A stretch of DNA of 64,000 nt, taken from contig JAZLIT010000265.1 in NCBI GenBank assembly GCA_045617525.1, positions 7,247 through 71,246 on the forward strand, read 5' to 3'. The stretch's first letter is position 1. Every line of letters begins with the position of its first letter. The translations under genes were made by a program, and so were the position numbers. Below, one piece after another: positions 10,190 to 21,059 of the stretch. The DNA comes from Solibacillus sp. (GTDB lineage: Bacteria; Bacillota; Bacilli; Bacillales_A; Planococcaceae). Under the pieces are notes generated by a model. That model saw only the letters and a program-made list of their open reading frames with translations. It was not told the origin of the DNA and searched no databases.

Positions 10190-11659
10190 TTGTCACAGTT
10201 AGAAACTCCTTTGTTCGACGTTCTACTCAAGCATAGAAACCGACATCCAATTCAGTTCCATATTCCGGGCCATAAAAAAGGGCAAGGAATGGACCCAGCG
10301 TTTCGAGAGTTCGTCGGCGACAACGTTTTATCAATTGATTTAATAAATATCGCTCCACTTGACGATTTACATTCACCTAAGGGGGCTATCGCACAAGCCC
10401 AAAACTTAGCCGCCGAAGCATTCGGTGCTGATTACACATTTTTTTCCGTTCAAGGTACTAGCGGAGCCATCATGGCGATGATTTTAGCTGTCGTCGGTCC
10501 AGGCGATAAAATACTTGTACCACGGAATGTTCATAAATCGATAATGTCAGCCATCGTATTTGCTGGGGCAATTCCTATCTTCATTCACCCTGAGGTTGAT
10601 ACCGAACTCGGTATTTCTCATGGTATTTCACCTGAATCTGTAGAAAAAGCACTGCAAAAGTATCCAGATGCAAAAGCTGTGTTAGTCATTAACCCAACTT
10701 ATTTTGGATTTGTAGCTGACCTACAAAAAATCGTTGAAATCGTACACTTACAAAACATCCCCGTTATTGTAGATGAAGCACATGGTGTACATATTAAATT
10801 CCATGAAGCGTTACCGCTATCTGCCATGCAAGCTGGGGCTGACATGGCCGCGACAAGTGTCCATAAATTAGGCGGTTCTATGACTGGAAGTTCAGTACTT
10901 AATGTTCGTGAAGGATTAATTTCGCCAAAACGAGTTCAATCGGTTCTTTCTATGTTAACGACAACATCAACATCATATCCATTACTTGCGTCATTGGACA
11001 CAGCGCGTCGACAATTAGCGATCCACGGTCATGATTTATTAGAAGTAGCGATTCGTTTAGCCAAAGATACACGTAAACGTATCAACGCTATTCCTCATTT
11101 AACATGTGTAGGAAGAGAAAGGCTAGGTTCCTCTGCTACATTCGATATGGACCCGACAAAGCTTTTAATTAGTGTGAAGGATTTAGGTATTACAGGACAT
11201 GCAGCCGAAGAATGGCTACGTCACAATGCAAATATCGAGGTTGAATTATCAGACCTATATAATATTTTATGCATCGTAACAATTGCGGATTCGAAAAAGG
11301 AAATGAATATACTTATTAATGCATTAAGTCGATTATCAAAGGAATTTGATTCGGAAGCAGCAATAAAAGTAGTAAGCGTTACAATTCCCGAAATACCCGC
11401 TCTTGCGATGACACCACGCGATGCATTTTATGCACAAACAGAAAGCATCCCATTAGCAGATGCTGAAGGCTATATTTGTGCTGAATTTATTATGGTTTAC
11501 CCACCAGGAATCCCGATCTTTATTCCAGGTGAAATCATCACTAAAGACAATATTGAATTTATCCAAATGAATATTGAGGCTGGTCTACCTGTACAAGGCC
11601 CAGAAGATGCTACATTAAAAAATATTCTTGTTATTAAAGAACGTAAAGCAATTTATTAA
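10190..11659 (+). CDS. speA: PLP-dependent Orn/Lys/Arg decarboxylase (arginine decarboxylase SpeA type)
   Basis: From TTG 10190 the protein reads (M)SQLETPLFDVLLKHRNRHPIQFHIPGHKKG, parallel to recalled B. subtilis SpeA MSQHETPLYTGLKKHASRQPVQFHIPGHKKG. PLP lysine context SVHKLGGS. GTGAGGTGG RBS 10 nt upstream. Track start 10178 lies inside the RBS. Confidence 0.9.
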   Translation: MSQLETPLFDVLLKHRNRHPIQFHIPGHKKGQGMDPAFREFVGDNVLSIDLINIAPLDDLHSPKGAIAQAQNLAAEAFGADYTFFSVQGTSGAIMAMILAVVGPGDKILVPRNVHKSIMSAIVFAGAIPIFIHPEVDTELGISHGISPESVEKALQKYPDAKAVLVINPTYFGFVADLQKIVEIVHLQNIPVIVDEAHGVHIKFHEALPLSAMQAGADMAATSVHKLGGSMTGSSVLNVREGLISPKRVQSVLSMLTTTSTSYPLLASLDTARRQLAIHGHDLLEVAIRLAKDTRKRINAIPHLTCVGRERLGSSATFDMDPTKLLISVKDLGITGHAAEEWLRHNANIEVELSDLYNILCIVTIADSKKEMNILINALSRLSKEFDSEAAIKVVSVTIPEIPALAMTPRDAFYAQTESIPLADAEGYICAEFIMVYPPGIPIFIPGEIITKDNIEFIQMNIEAGLPVQGPEDATLKNILVIKERKAIY

Positions 11660-11666
11660 AAATAGA

Positions 11667-11703
11667 AAATGCGGCATCCCTTTTTCTGGGTGCCGCATTT
11701 TTA
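11667..11703. terminator. terminator shared by convergent speA and lrgB-like genes
   Basis: aaatgcggcatccc / gggtgccgcattt stem, loop tttttct, T-run on plus. Confidence 0.8.
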
Positions 11704-12390
11704 TATAAACCATATCGCAAACAACGGGGAAATAAACGCACCTAATATTGCACTTAGCCCCATCGAAAGGGACCCAATAGATAAAGTTTCTTCATCATAT
11801 TCCTTTAGCTTCGAAACTCCGACACCATGACTCACACTGCCCATTGCTACCCCTCTGCTAATTGCCGTATGTATCTTGAATACTCGAAATAACGTCGGCC
11901 CTAGAATAGCACCGGTGAACCCAGCTACCATAACTAACACGGCTGTTAACGGAGCGATCCCACCAACTGTCTCACTCACCTGCATTGCAACAGGCGTCGT
12001 CAATGACTTAGGCAAAGAGGTTAGAAGAAAGCTTTCACTCGCCCCAAATAGCTTCAGTAACACAATGACACTCACGAGCCCTGAAAGCATCGCTACGCTA
12101 ACACTAGATAGAATGGCATATTTATATTTATATATCGTGTAGCGCTGATTATAGAGCGGCACAGCTAATGCCACGACTGCTGGTCCAAGCAATTGTTGAA
12201 GCCAAACACCGCCCTGCATATATGTATCATACGGAATATGAAAGAGCAATAAGAAAACTGATACGAGCGTTGTAGTTGTTAAAACTGGAAAAAGTAAAGG
12301 ATGTGGTTTTTTCTCATATATTTTTTTCATCACTAGAAATAAGCACACTGTAGCAACTACAATCAATAAAACTAGCGCAAAATTAGTCAT
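11701..12390 (-). CDS. LrgB/CidB family membrane protein
   Basis: 229 aa polytopic. Typical LrgB-like stretches (LGPAVVALAVPLY, SLPKSLTTPVAM, VAMGSVSHGVG). Overlaps the upstream LrgA-like gene by 8 nt. Confidence 0.85.
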   Translation of the reverse strand: MTNFALVLLIVVATVCLFLVMKKIYEKKPHPLLFPVLTTTTLVSVFLLLFHIPYDTYMQGGVWLQQLLGPAVVALAVPLYNQRYTIYKYKYAILSSVSVAMLSGLVSVIVLLKLFGASESFLLTSLPKSLTTPVAMQVSETVGGIAPLTAVLVMVAGFTGAILGPTLFRVFKIHTAISRGVAMGSVSHGVGVSKLKEYDEETLSIGSLSMGLSAILGAFISPLFAIWFI

Positions 12391-12760
12391 TTGATTTTGC
12401 CCCTTCCAACTCTTTACGCTCTATAAACTGACTGAATTTCCCTGTAAGTATCATTGAAATAAGAGAACTGATGAAAACCGCAAGCATTAATAGAATACCG
12501 GGCATTTTTAGTAATTCTGGATATTGAATAACCCCTACCGTTGAAGGGATGAAAAAAAGCGTCAAAAAAGCAATTAAAAAACTAGACCCACCGCGAACCA
12601 TCTTTACATCAACCACATTTAACATTAATAATATCCATAAAATAAGTAGGCCAATTATACTTCCAGGAATAAAAATTCCCGTCCACTTTACAATTAATTC
12701 TCCAATAAAATAAAATACCCATAAAATGCCGACCTGTGCAATTATTTTAACCGAATTCAT
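12383..12760 (-). CDS. LrgA/CidA holin-like protein
   Basis: 125 aa, four TM segments. Start at ATG 12758-12760 (MNSVKIIAQVGILWVFY) with GAAGGTG upstream. The track N-terminal extension to 12793 lacks an RBS. Confidence 0.8.
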   Translation of the reverse strand: MNSVKIIAQVGILWVFYFIGELIVKWTGIFIPGSIIGLLILWILLMLNVVDVKMVRGGSSFLIAFLTLFFIPSTVGVIQYPELLKMPGILLMLAVFISSLISMILTGKFSQFIERKELEGAKSND

Positions 12761-12885
12761 AAAACACCTTCTTTCCAACATGTTCCTATACATTCATTGT
12801 AAAACTCCAGAAATAATCCGTCTATTAAAAAAACTTGATGAATAAAGTTTCTAATAGGAGCTACAATTTCATATCCCCCCAATCT

Positions 12886-12927
12886 AAAAAAACAAGCCAA
12901 TTCGAAAAAAATCGAATTCACTTGCTT
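12886..12927 (-). terminator. rho-independent terminator of the SDR gene
   Basis: Minus strand reads caagtgaattcga-ttttttt-tcgaattggcttg followed by tttttttag. Confidence 0.7.
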
Positions 12928-12968
12928 TCGTAACTTTTCATTTCAATCATATCTATACATAGCATCAC

Positions 12969-13751
12969 CTAAATCGTGGCACATGAACCACCATCAATAT
13001 TTAGCGAAGTTCCCGTAATATAGGATGCCGCTGGAGACGCTAAAAACACAATTGCTTTAGCTGCTTCTGTCGTGTCCCCAATTCGTCCCAACGGAATGGC
13101 TTGCCCTACTTTTTGAGAGTAGGCTTCCCACGATAAATGCGGTTCTTGATCTTTCCATCTTTTCTCAATTTGATCACTACGAATCAATCCGATACATACC
13201 GTATTTACACGAATATTGGAGGTACCTAAATCATTACTCATCGCTTTCGTTAACGCAATTCCTGCTGCACGACTCACAGTTGTCGGCAATGAATTCGCAG
13301 GAGGTGTTTTCGCTAGCACAGCTGTCACATTAATAATCGCCCCTCCGCCTTGCTTTCTCATCTCAGGAACCGCGGATTTCGAACAATTTACTGCGCCAAA
13401 TAACTTCAAATCTAAATCTGCTTGCCAAAGTTCAGTTGAAACTTGTTCAAATGCATGAGCAGCTGCTGTTCCTGCATTATTTACTAAAATATCAACTTTA
13501 CCGAACTCCTCTATCACAGTTCGAATTAAATTTTCACAATCCTTTTCTTTAGAAATATCTGTGCAAACCGCTAATACATCTTGTCCGGTTAATTGCTTAA
13601 TATGGTCCTTCGCTGCCTGAAGTTGCTTTTCCCCACGTGCACAAATAGCCACTTGTGCACCTTCTTTCACAAATAAAAGTGCCGTTTCAAAGCCAATTCC
13701 TTTGCTTCCACCTGTAACTACGGCCACTTTATTATGTAAATGCAAATCCAT
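12969..13751 (-). CDS. short-chain dehydrogenase/reductase (SDR), substrate unknown
   Basis: TGGSKGIG Rossmann motif and NNAG. 260 aa from ATG 13749-13751 (the AAGGGGGA RBS is too close to track start 13757). Confidence 0.85.
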   Translation of the reverse strand: MDLHLHNKVAVVTGGSKGIGFETALLFVKEGAQVAICARGEKQLQAAKDHIKQLTGQDVLAVCTDISKEKDCENLIRTVIEEFGKVDILVNNAGTAAAHAFEQVSTELWQADLDLKLFGAVNCSKSAVPEMRKQGGGAIINVTAVLAKTPPANSLPTTVSRAAGIALTKAMSNDLGTSNIRVNTVCIGLIRSDQIEKRWKDQEPHLSWEAYSQKVGQAIPLGRIGDTTEAAKAIVFLASPAASYITGTSLNIDGGSCATI

Positions 13752-13833
13752 CACCATTCCCCCTTCTTGTATACGTAAATTATTCTGTACTCTTCTTAAT
13801 AATACCTTTTAAAAAACAAAATTATCCCCAATA

Positions 13834-13873
13834 GAAAAAGCGCTAGTCAAAAAGTAACTTTTGACTAGCGCTT
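13834..13873 (-). terminator. rho-independent terminator of the pdh operon
   Basis: agcgctagtcaaaag / cttttgactagcgct stem with a U-run on the minus strand. Confidence 0.85.
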
Positions 13874-13883
13874 TAAATTTAAT

Positions 13884-15296
13884 TTATTTCGTTATGATAT
13901 GGATTGGATTGCCTAGTAATACTTCAGCAGCTTCCATAGTAATTTCACCTAAAGTTGGGTGAGCGTGAATTGTTAATGCGATATCTTCTGCAGTCATACC
14001 TGCTTCGATTGCAAGACCCATTTCAGCGATCATATCAGATGCACCAGCACCAACGATTTGAGCTCCCACTAATAAACCATCTTCTTTACGTGCAACAAGC
14101 TTCACGAAGCCTTCTGTTGCGTTTAAAGCTAATGCACGGCCATTTGCTGCGAATGGGAATTTCGCAGAAGAAACTTCTAAACCTTGAGCTTTTGCTTCGT
14201 CTTCAGATAAACCTACTGTAGCAAGTTCTGGATCTGTGAAGCATACTGCTGGGATTGCTAAGTAATCTACTACTGAATGTTCACCAGCGATTGCTTCTGC
14301 TGCTACTTTACCTTCATAAGAAGCTTTATGAGCTAATTGAGGTCCAGCAACGATATCTCCGATTGCATAGATGTTTGGTACGTTTGTGCGGCATTGCTTG
14401 TCAACTTTAACAAGACCACGCTCTGCAAACTCGATACCTACAGCTTCTAAGCCCATTTCGTCTGTGTTTGGACGACGACCTACAGTTACTAAAACGTAAT
14501 CTGCTTCAACTGTTTTTTCTTCGCCACCAGCTTCATATTTTACTACGACACCTGTGTCTGATTCTTCAACGCCTTTAGCAGATGCGCCTACAACAATGTC
14601 AACGCCTTTTTTCTTAAGGCCTTTTTTAACGATAGCCGTCATTTGTTTTTCGAAACCAGCTAAGATATCTTTGCCGCCTTCAATAATTGTTACTTGAGAA
14701 CCTAGGTTAGCATAAGCTGAACCAAGCTCAGTACCGATATATCCACCACCGATAACAACTAATTTACCTGGAACTTCAGGTAAAGAAAGTGCACCAGTAG
14801 AGTTAATTACACGTTTAGTAAATTTGAAAGTTGGAATTTCAACTGGGCGTGAACCCGTAGCTAAAATTGCATTTTTGAATGTATACGTTTGAGCAGATTC
14901 ACCGTTAATTACACGTACAGTGTTTGCATCCACGAAGTAAGCTTCGCCGCTTACGATATCAACTTTATTACCTTTTAATAAACCTTCAACGCCGCCAACT
15001 AATTTCTTAACAACGCCATCTTTGAAAGCTTGTGCTTTAGACCAATCAAGTTTCACATCAGTTGCTACGATACCCATATCATCTGAATGTTTCGCATGTT
15101 CGAAACGGTGACCCACTGAAATTAAAGCTTTTGAAGGAATACAACCAACGTTTAAACAAACGCCTCCTAAGTTGCCCTTCTCTACTACTGTTACTTTTTG
15201 ACCTGTTTGAGCTGCACGAATTGCTGCTACGTAACCACCTGGGCCCGAACCTACAACTAGAGTGTCAATCTCAATCGGAAAATCTCCTACTACCAT
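13884..15296 (-). CDS. pdhD: dihydrolipoyl dehydrogenase (E3)
   Basis: 470 aa, FAD motif GSGPGGY, redox-active [11 protein letters not shown]-terminal HAHPTLGE. Confidence 0.97.
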   Translation of the reverse strand: MVVGDFPIEIDTLVVGSGPGGYVAAIRAAQTGQKVTVVEKGNLGGVCLNVGCIPSKALISVGHRFEHAKHSDDMGIVATDVKLDWSKAQAFKDGVVKKLVGGVEGLLKGNKVDIVSGEAYFVDANTVRVINGESAQTYTFKNAILATGSRPVEIPTFKFTKRVINSTGALSLPEVPGKLVVIGGGYIGTELGSAYANLGSQVTIIEGGKDILAGFEKQMTAIVKKGLKKKGVDIVVGASAKGVEESDTGVVVKYEAGGEEKTVEADYVLVTVGRRPNTDEMGLEAVGIEFAERGLVKVDKQCRTNVPNIYAIGDIVAGPQLAHKASYEGKVAAEAIAGEHSVVDYLAIPAVCFTDPELATVGLSEDEAKAQGLEVSSAKFPFAANGRALALNATEGFVKLVARKEDGLLVGAQIVGAGASDMIAEMGLAIEAGMTAEDIALTIHAHPTLGEITMEAAEVLLGNPIHIITK

Positions 15297-15300
15297 ATAC

Positions 15301-16602
15301 TTACGCCTCCATTAATAAAAGTTCTGGCTCACTTAATAAACGTTTTAAAAGATTTAAAGCGTTTTGAGCCGCTGCTCCATCGATCATACGATGGTCAAAG
15401 CTCATTGATAATGCTAACACAGGTGCCGCTACAATTTCACCATTTTTTATTACCGGTTTCTCTGAAATACGCCCAATTCCTAAAATTGCAACCTCAGGAT
15501 GGTTAATTACAGGTGTAAACCATTGTCCTCCAGCAGAACCGATATTCGTGATAGACATTGATGCACCTTTCATTTCTTGGGGAGCTAATTTGCCATCACG
15601 CGCTTTTGTAGCTAATTCGTTAATTTCGTTGGATATTGCAAATACACTTTTACGATCTGCATGCTTAATTACTGGCACTAATAAACCACGGTCGGTATCT
15701 GCAGCGATTCCAACATTAAAGTAATGCTTTTGAATAATTTCTTGCGTTGCATCATCTAATGAACGGTTAAATTCAGGGAATTCGCGTAGCATTGCCACTA
15801 ACGCTTTCACTACATAAGGTAAGTACGTTAACTTCACGCCTTTTTCTGCTGCAATATCCTTGAATTTTTTACGGTGAGCTACTAGTGCAGTAACATCAAC
15901 TTCATCCATTAGTGTCACGTGCGGAGCAGTTTGCTTCGAATGTACCATCGCTTTTGCAATCGCCTTTCGAATCGGCGACATTTTTTCACGTGTTTCCGGG
16001 AATTCCCCTTCAAGTGAAATCGGAATCGGCTGTGCTACAGTCGCTTCAGTCGCTACTTCAGCTTGCTGAACAACTTCGACGACTTCCTTGCCACCCGCCA
16101 TAAACGTTTCAACATCTTCTTTTAAAATACGGCCATTTTTGCCTGTGCCCGTCACTTGTTGAATAGTCACATTATGTTCACGTGCGTATTTACGAACAGA
16201 TGGCATTGCAATAATGCGTTTTGAAATATCCACAGGCGTTTCATCTAGAGCTGGCGTTTCTTCTGCCACAGCTTCTACTACTCCCCTTTCCGCCGTAGCT
16301 TGCACTTGTGCTTCTGTTTTTGCTTCATGGTGATCATCACCTTTTAATTTCACATCTTCATAACCCGGTGCATCAAATGTAATTAATGCATCACCTACTA
16401 CCGATACCACGCCTTCTTCTACAAGTACTTCTAGGACTGTACCTTCAACTGGAGAAGGAATTTCCACTACTGCTTTATCATTTTGTACTTCACATAAAAT
16501 ATCGTCTTCTTTTACTGTATCGCCTGCTTTAACAAACCACTTTACGATTTCACCTTCATGAATACCTTCGCCAATATCTGGCAAACGGAAAGTAAATGCC
16601 AT
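15301..16602 (-). CDS. pdhC: dihydrolipoamide acetyltransferase (E2)
   Basis: N-terminal lipoyl domain ([14 protein letters not shown]), E3-binding domain ([14 protein letters not shown]), catalytic DHRMIDG. Confidence 0.97.
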   Translation of the reverse strand: MAFTFRLPDIGEGIHEGEIVKWFVKAGDTVKEDDILCEVQNDKAVVEIPSPVEGTVLEVLVEEGVVSVVGDALITFDAPGYEDVKLKGDDHHEAKTEAQVQATAERGVVEAVAEETPALDETPVDISKRIIAMPSVRKYAREHNVTIQQVTGTGKNGRILKEDVETFMAGGKEVVEVVQQAEVATEATVAQPIPISLEGEFPETREKMSPIRKAIAKAMVHSKQTAPHVTLMDEVDVTALVAHRKKFKDIAAEKGVKLTYLPYVVKALVAMLREFPEFNRSLDDATQEIIQKHYFNVGIAADTDRGLLVPVIKHADRKSVFAISNEINELATKARDGKLAPQEMKGASMSITNIGSAGGQWFTPVINHPEVAILGIGRISEKPVIKNGEIVAAPVLALSMSFDHRMIDGAAAQNALNLLKRLLSEPELLLMEA

Positions 16603-16620
16603 TTATCTCACCCTCTGTCC

Positions 16621-17598
16621 TTAGAATGTTAAAACTTTCTTCGCCGTTTCAATTACATCTTTATATGTCGGTAACCATACACCTTCAGCTTGCGGGAATG
16701 AGTATATTGTATCTGGAGCTGCCACACGTAATACAGGTGCTTCTAAACTTAATATTGCACGTTCTGTAATTTCAGCTACAACTGTTGCCGCGATACCTGC
16801 TTGTTTTTGAGCTTCTTGAACAACGATTGCACGACCTGTTTTCTCAACAGAAGCAATAATTGTCTCAATATCAAGTGGTTGAATTGTACGTAAATCAATT
16901 ACCTCAACAGAGTACCCTTCTTTTTCAAGCTCCTCTGCAGCCTTTAATGATTCATGTACCATTAAACCGTAAGTAATAATTGATAAATCTTTCCCTTCAC
17001 GTTTAACAGCTGCCTTGCCAATCTCAATTGTATAAGACTCTTCAGGTACTTCTTCACGGAATGAACGATATAATTTTAAATGCTCTAAGAAAATAACTGG
17101 ATCATTATCACGAATCGATGCGATTAATAACCCTTTAGCATCGTATGGTGTTGAAGGAACAACTACTTTTAATCCTGGTGATTGAGTCATTAACCCTTCT
17201 AATGAATCCGAGTGCATTTCTGGCGTGTGAACTCCACCTCCAAATGGTGAACGAATTGTAACAGGTGCATTATATGTGCCACCTGAACGATAACGTAAAC
17301 GTGCTAATTGCCCACTAATTGAGTCCATAACCTCGAAAACGAAACCAAAAAATTGAATTTCAGGAATTGGACGGTAGCCAGTTAACGCTAACCCTATCGC
17401 AAGACCACCGATACCTGATTCCGCTAATGGCGTATCAAATACACGTTCAACCCCAAATTCTTTTTGAAGGCCTTCAGTTGCACGGAAAACGCCTCCATTT
17501 ACGCCAACATCTTCACCGAAAACAAGTACATTTTCATCATTTTTCATTTCGCAACGAAGTGCATCTGTAATCGCTTGAATCATCGTCATTTGTGCCAT
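16621..17598 (-). CDS. pdhB: pyruvate dehydrogenase E1 beta subunit
   Basis: 325 aa, [41 protein letters not shown]. Typical E1-beta. Confidence 0.97.
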   Translation of the reverse strand: MAQMTMIQAITDALRCEMKNDENVLVFGEDVGVNGGVFRATEGLQKEFGVERVFDTPLAESGIGGLAIGLALTGYRPIPEIQFFGFVFEVMDSISGQLARLRYRSGGTYNAPVTIRSPFGGGVHTPEMHSDSLEGLMTQSPGLKVVVPSTPYDAKGLLIASIRDNDPVIFLEHLKLYRSFREEVPEESYTIEIGKAAVKREGKDLSIITYGLMVHESLKAAEELEKEGYSVEVIDLRTIQPLDIETIIASVEKTGRAIVVQEAQKQAGIAATVVAEITERAILSLEAPVLRVAAPDTIYSFPQAEGVWLPTYKDVIETAKKVLTF

Positions 17599-17600
17599 GC

Positions 17601-18752
<1,152 letters not shown>

Positions 18753-19095
18753 TCATTTTCGATTGGTACAACATCCTTCTAATCATGAGTATAAATAATA
18801 TTTTCCTATCGGTCAATCATTGTTTCCTGTTTAAATAAGCATTTTTTCGTTTGATATAAAAAAACTTTTTCCAAATCACTCTGTTATACATTAAAGTAAC
18901 ACCTGTACTATAATAGCTTTCTATAAATTCATTTTCTCCCCTAATGAGTCAGTGAATTAGAACTCACAGTTTCTTGTGCCCATTTTTAATTAAAATTATG
19001 AAAAAAAGAATGGCTATTTTTATTGTTTTTTCGTTGCCCACTCGAAATTGTTATGTATACTTGTCTTATATGCAGATAAAGAGAGGACGTTTTTA

Positions 19096-19650
19096 ATGAT
19101 TTTAATGGACCAAATCATCCGTGAGGGGCATGAAGCACTTCGTACCCGTGCTGAGGAGGTGGCATTTCCTTTAACAGAACAAGATAAACAATTAGCGCAC
19201 GATTTATTAGAATATATAATCAATAGTCAAGATGAAATACTCGCAGATAAATATGACTTACGCCCAGGTATCGGATTAGCTGCCAACCAAGTGAATTCAC
19301 TTAAAAGAATGTTTGCCCTTCATTTAGAAGATAGTAATGGAGATACATTTAGTTTCGTGGCGATTAACCCTAAAATCGTTAGCCATTCTGTAGAGCTAAC
19401 ATATTTATCAAATGGTGAGGGTTGCCTTTCGGTGGACCGCCCTGTTCACGGATATGTTCCACGCTATGCTCGCATTACAGTGAAATATTTTGATATAGAG
19501 GGCAATGAACAGAAACAACGCCTATCAGGATTACCTGCAATTGCGTTCCAACACGAGCTAGACCATTTAAATGGCGTAATGTTCTTTGATCGAATTAATG
19601 AAAAGGAACCATTTGGTGAAATCGAAAATGGTTCACCATTCGAACGTTAA
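19096..19650 (+). CDS. def: peptide deformylase
   Basis: Motifs GIGLAANQ, EGCLS, HELDHL. Start ATG 19096 (MILMDQIIREGHEALR, compare recalled B. subtilis DefB MITMENIVRDGHPALR) with AGAGAGGA upstream. Track start 19048 rejected. Confidence 0.93.
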   Translation: MILMDQIIREGHEALRTRAEEVAFPLTEQDKQLAHDLLEYIINSQDEILADKYDLRPGIGLAANQVNSLKRMFALHLEDSNGDTFSFVAINPKIVSHSVELTYLSNGEGCLSVDRPVHGYVPRYARITVKYFDIEGNEQKQRLSGLPAIAFQHELDHLNGVMFFDRINEKEPFGEIENGSPFER

Positions 19651-19660
19651 CAACAACTCG

Positions 19661-19704
19661 AAAAAGCTATTTAATCGCAAAACGGCGGCTAAATAGCTTT
19701 TTCA
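19661..19704. terminator. bidirectional terminator between def and the HAD phosphatase gene
   Basis: aaaaagctattta / taaatagcttttt arms. A-run and T-run are part of the stem ends. Confidence 0.7.
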
Positions 19705-19706
19705 TT

Positions 19707-20477
19707 TCAAATTAATTTTAATTGTTTCATTGCATTCATTAATCCATCTTGATCCACATGCTCTGTTACCATCGAGGCAACCTCTTTTGCTGCAAGATGA
19801 CCATTTCCCATCGCTACACTTGCAGGCACATACGATAACATCTCCACATCATTTAAGCCATCACCAAATGCAACTACCTTATCTAACTCGATATCAGCAG
19901 CAGCCATTATTTTTTGAATACCGCGGGCTTTTGAACCCCCTTTTGGAAGAAGGTCACATGAATATGGATGCCATCTGACAATTTGCAAATCAGGAAATTC
20001 TTTTCGGTAACTTTGCTCACCTTGTTCATTCGTAAAAATGAGTGTTTGGTAAACCGGATTCTTTATGTAATAATGTTCATCAATTTTAGGATAGGGATAT
20101 TTCAATGTAGCTAAACTTTCTTCAACTGCAAAATTCCCCGATGCCGATGCAATCATTTGCAAGTCATCTAGAAAAACAACTGCCTCATTTCGGCTAACGC
20201 CAAAATCTATCACTCGTTTCAATGTTTCCTGGCTCACACCATCTGTAAAAATGACTTCCCCTTTATACACGACATATTGTCCATTGAATGCTACATATGT
20301 ATCAATCGCTAACTCATTTAATATCTCTTCAATCATAAATGGCGCTCGCCCTGTCGCAATTGCAAGTTCATGCCCATTTCTTCGAGCAGTTAACAGCGCT
20401 TCCTTTGCCGATTTTGGTATTACTTTGTCGTTATTGTATAAAGTCCCGTCTACATCAAAAAATAAAATTTTTCCCAC
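19707..20477 (-). CDS. Cof-type HAD-IIB phosphatase (YkrA-like)
   Basis: HAD motif I FFDVDGTL, motif IV GDGLNDVEM. Start set at GTG 20475-20477 ((M)GKILFFDVDGTLY) with AAAGAGG 8 nt upstream, giving 256 aa. The track extension to 20609 is antisense to the small ORF at 20563..20634 and has no RBS. Confidence 0.85.
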   Translation of the reverse strand: MGKILFFDVDGTLYNNDKVIPKSAKEALLTARRNGHELAIATGRAPFMIEEILNELAIDTYVAFNGQYVVYKGEVIFTDGVSQETLKRVIDFGVSRNEAVVFLDDLQMIASASGNFAVEESLATLKYPYPKIDEHYYIKNPVYQTLIFTNEQGEQSYRKEFPDLQIVRWHPYSCDLLPKGGSKARGIQKIMAAADIELDKVVAFGDGLNDVEMLSYVPASVAMGNGHLAAKEVASMVTEHVDQDGLMNAMKQLKLI

Positions 20478-20510
20478 ACCATATACCTCTTTCACTACGT
20501 CGCCTATGAC

Positions 20511-20539
20511 TTTACTTTTTTCTGAAAATTCTATATAAT
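20511..20539 (+). promoter_or_regulatory. putative sigmaA-type promoter of the small ORF
   Basis: -35 tttact (20511-20516), 17-nt spacer, perfect -10 tataat (20534-20539). Confidence 0.45.
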
Positions 20540-20562
20540 AATTAAACAAGGAGCGATGACCT

Positions 20563-20634
20563 ATGTTAAAACGCCTCAAAAAAAAATTGTTGAAACAGTT
20601 GAAAGGCATCCTCGGAAAAAAAACAATTGCCTAG
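20563..20634 (+). CDS. candidate 23-aa cationic amphipathic peptide MLKRLKKKLLKQLKGILGKKTIA (unannotated small ORF)
   Basis: AAGGAG (20548-20553) 9 nt upstream of ATG 20563. 23 codons, TAG 20632-20634. The stop overlaps the 5' arm of a strong terminator. A promoter-like -35/-10 lies upstream. Contains A9 and A8 homopolymer runs. Below the ORF-track length cutoff. Confidence 0.35.
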   Translation: MLKRLKKKLLKQLKGILGKKTIA

Positions 20635-20667
20635 CCCTTCATAATTTGAAGGGCTTTTCTTTATTTT
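20633..20667 (+). terminator. rho-independent terminator immediately after the small ORF
   Basis: gcccttca (20634-20641) / tgaagggc (20647-20654), loop taatt, then ttttctttatttt. Confidence 0.8.
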
Positions 20668-20843
20668 AAAGGTGTCGCATGATAATATAAAGGAAATGCA
20701 TTTATTTCGTTCGTATTTTTATAACGGCCAAACTTTTGATAGTCAATTGAAAGGCATTGTTGTTCAGACCATCAATGCCTTTCATTTAACCTATAGATTT
20801 TTAAAATGCACTAATAATGTACGTATTTAAAGGAGAGTTATAA

Positions 20844-21053
20844 ATGATTTACAAAGTATACTACCAAGAAAAAGTTAATGAAATTCCAGTTCGCGAAAAC
20901 ACAAAAACAATCTATGTTGAAGCTAATCTAGAGCGAGAAGTTCGCGCCTATTTACAAGACCGCAACTACAACATCGAGCTTATTCAACTTTTAGAGGGCA
21001 ACTATTTAGATTACGAAAAAAATAGCCCAAATTTCCGTTTGGATAACGCTTAA
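20844..21053 (+). CDS. rpoY: RNA polymerase epsilon subunit (RpoY/YkzG, DUF1447)
   Basis: 69 aa, MIYKVYYQEKVNEIPVRENTKTIYVEA. Lies 6 nt upstream of rnjA, as for the known ykzG-rnjA pair. Confidence 0.85.
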   Translation: MIYKVYYQEKVNEIPVRENTKTIYVEANLEREVRAYLQDRNYNIELIQLLEGNYLDYEKNSPNFRLDNA

Positions 21054-21059
21054 TCGCTT

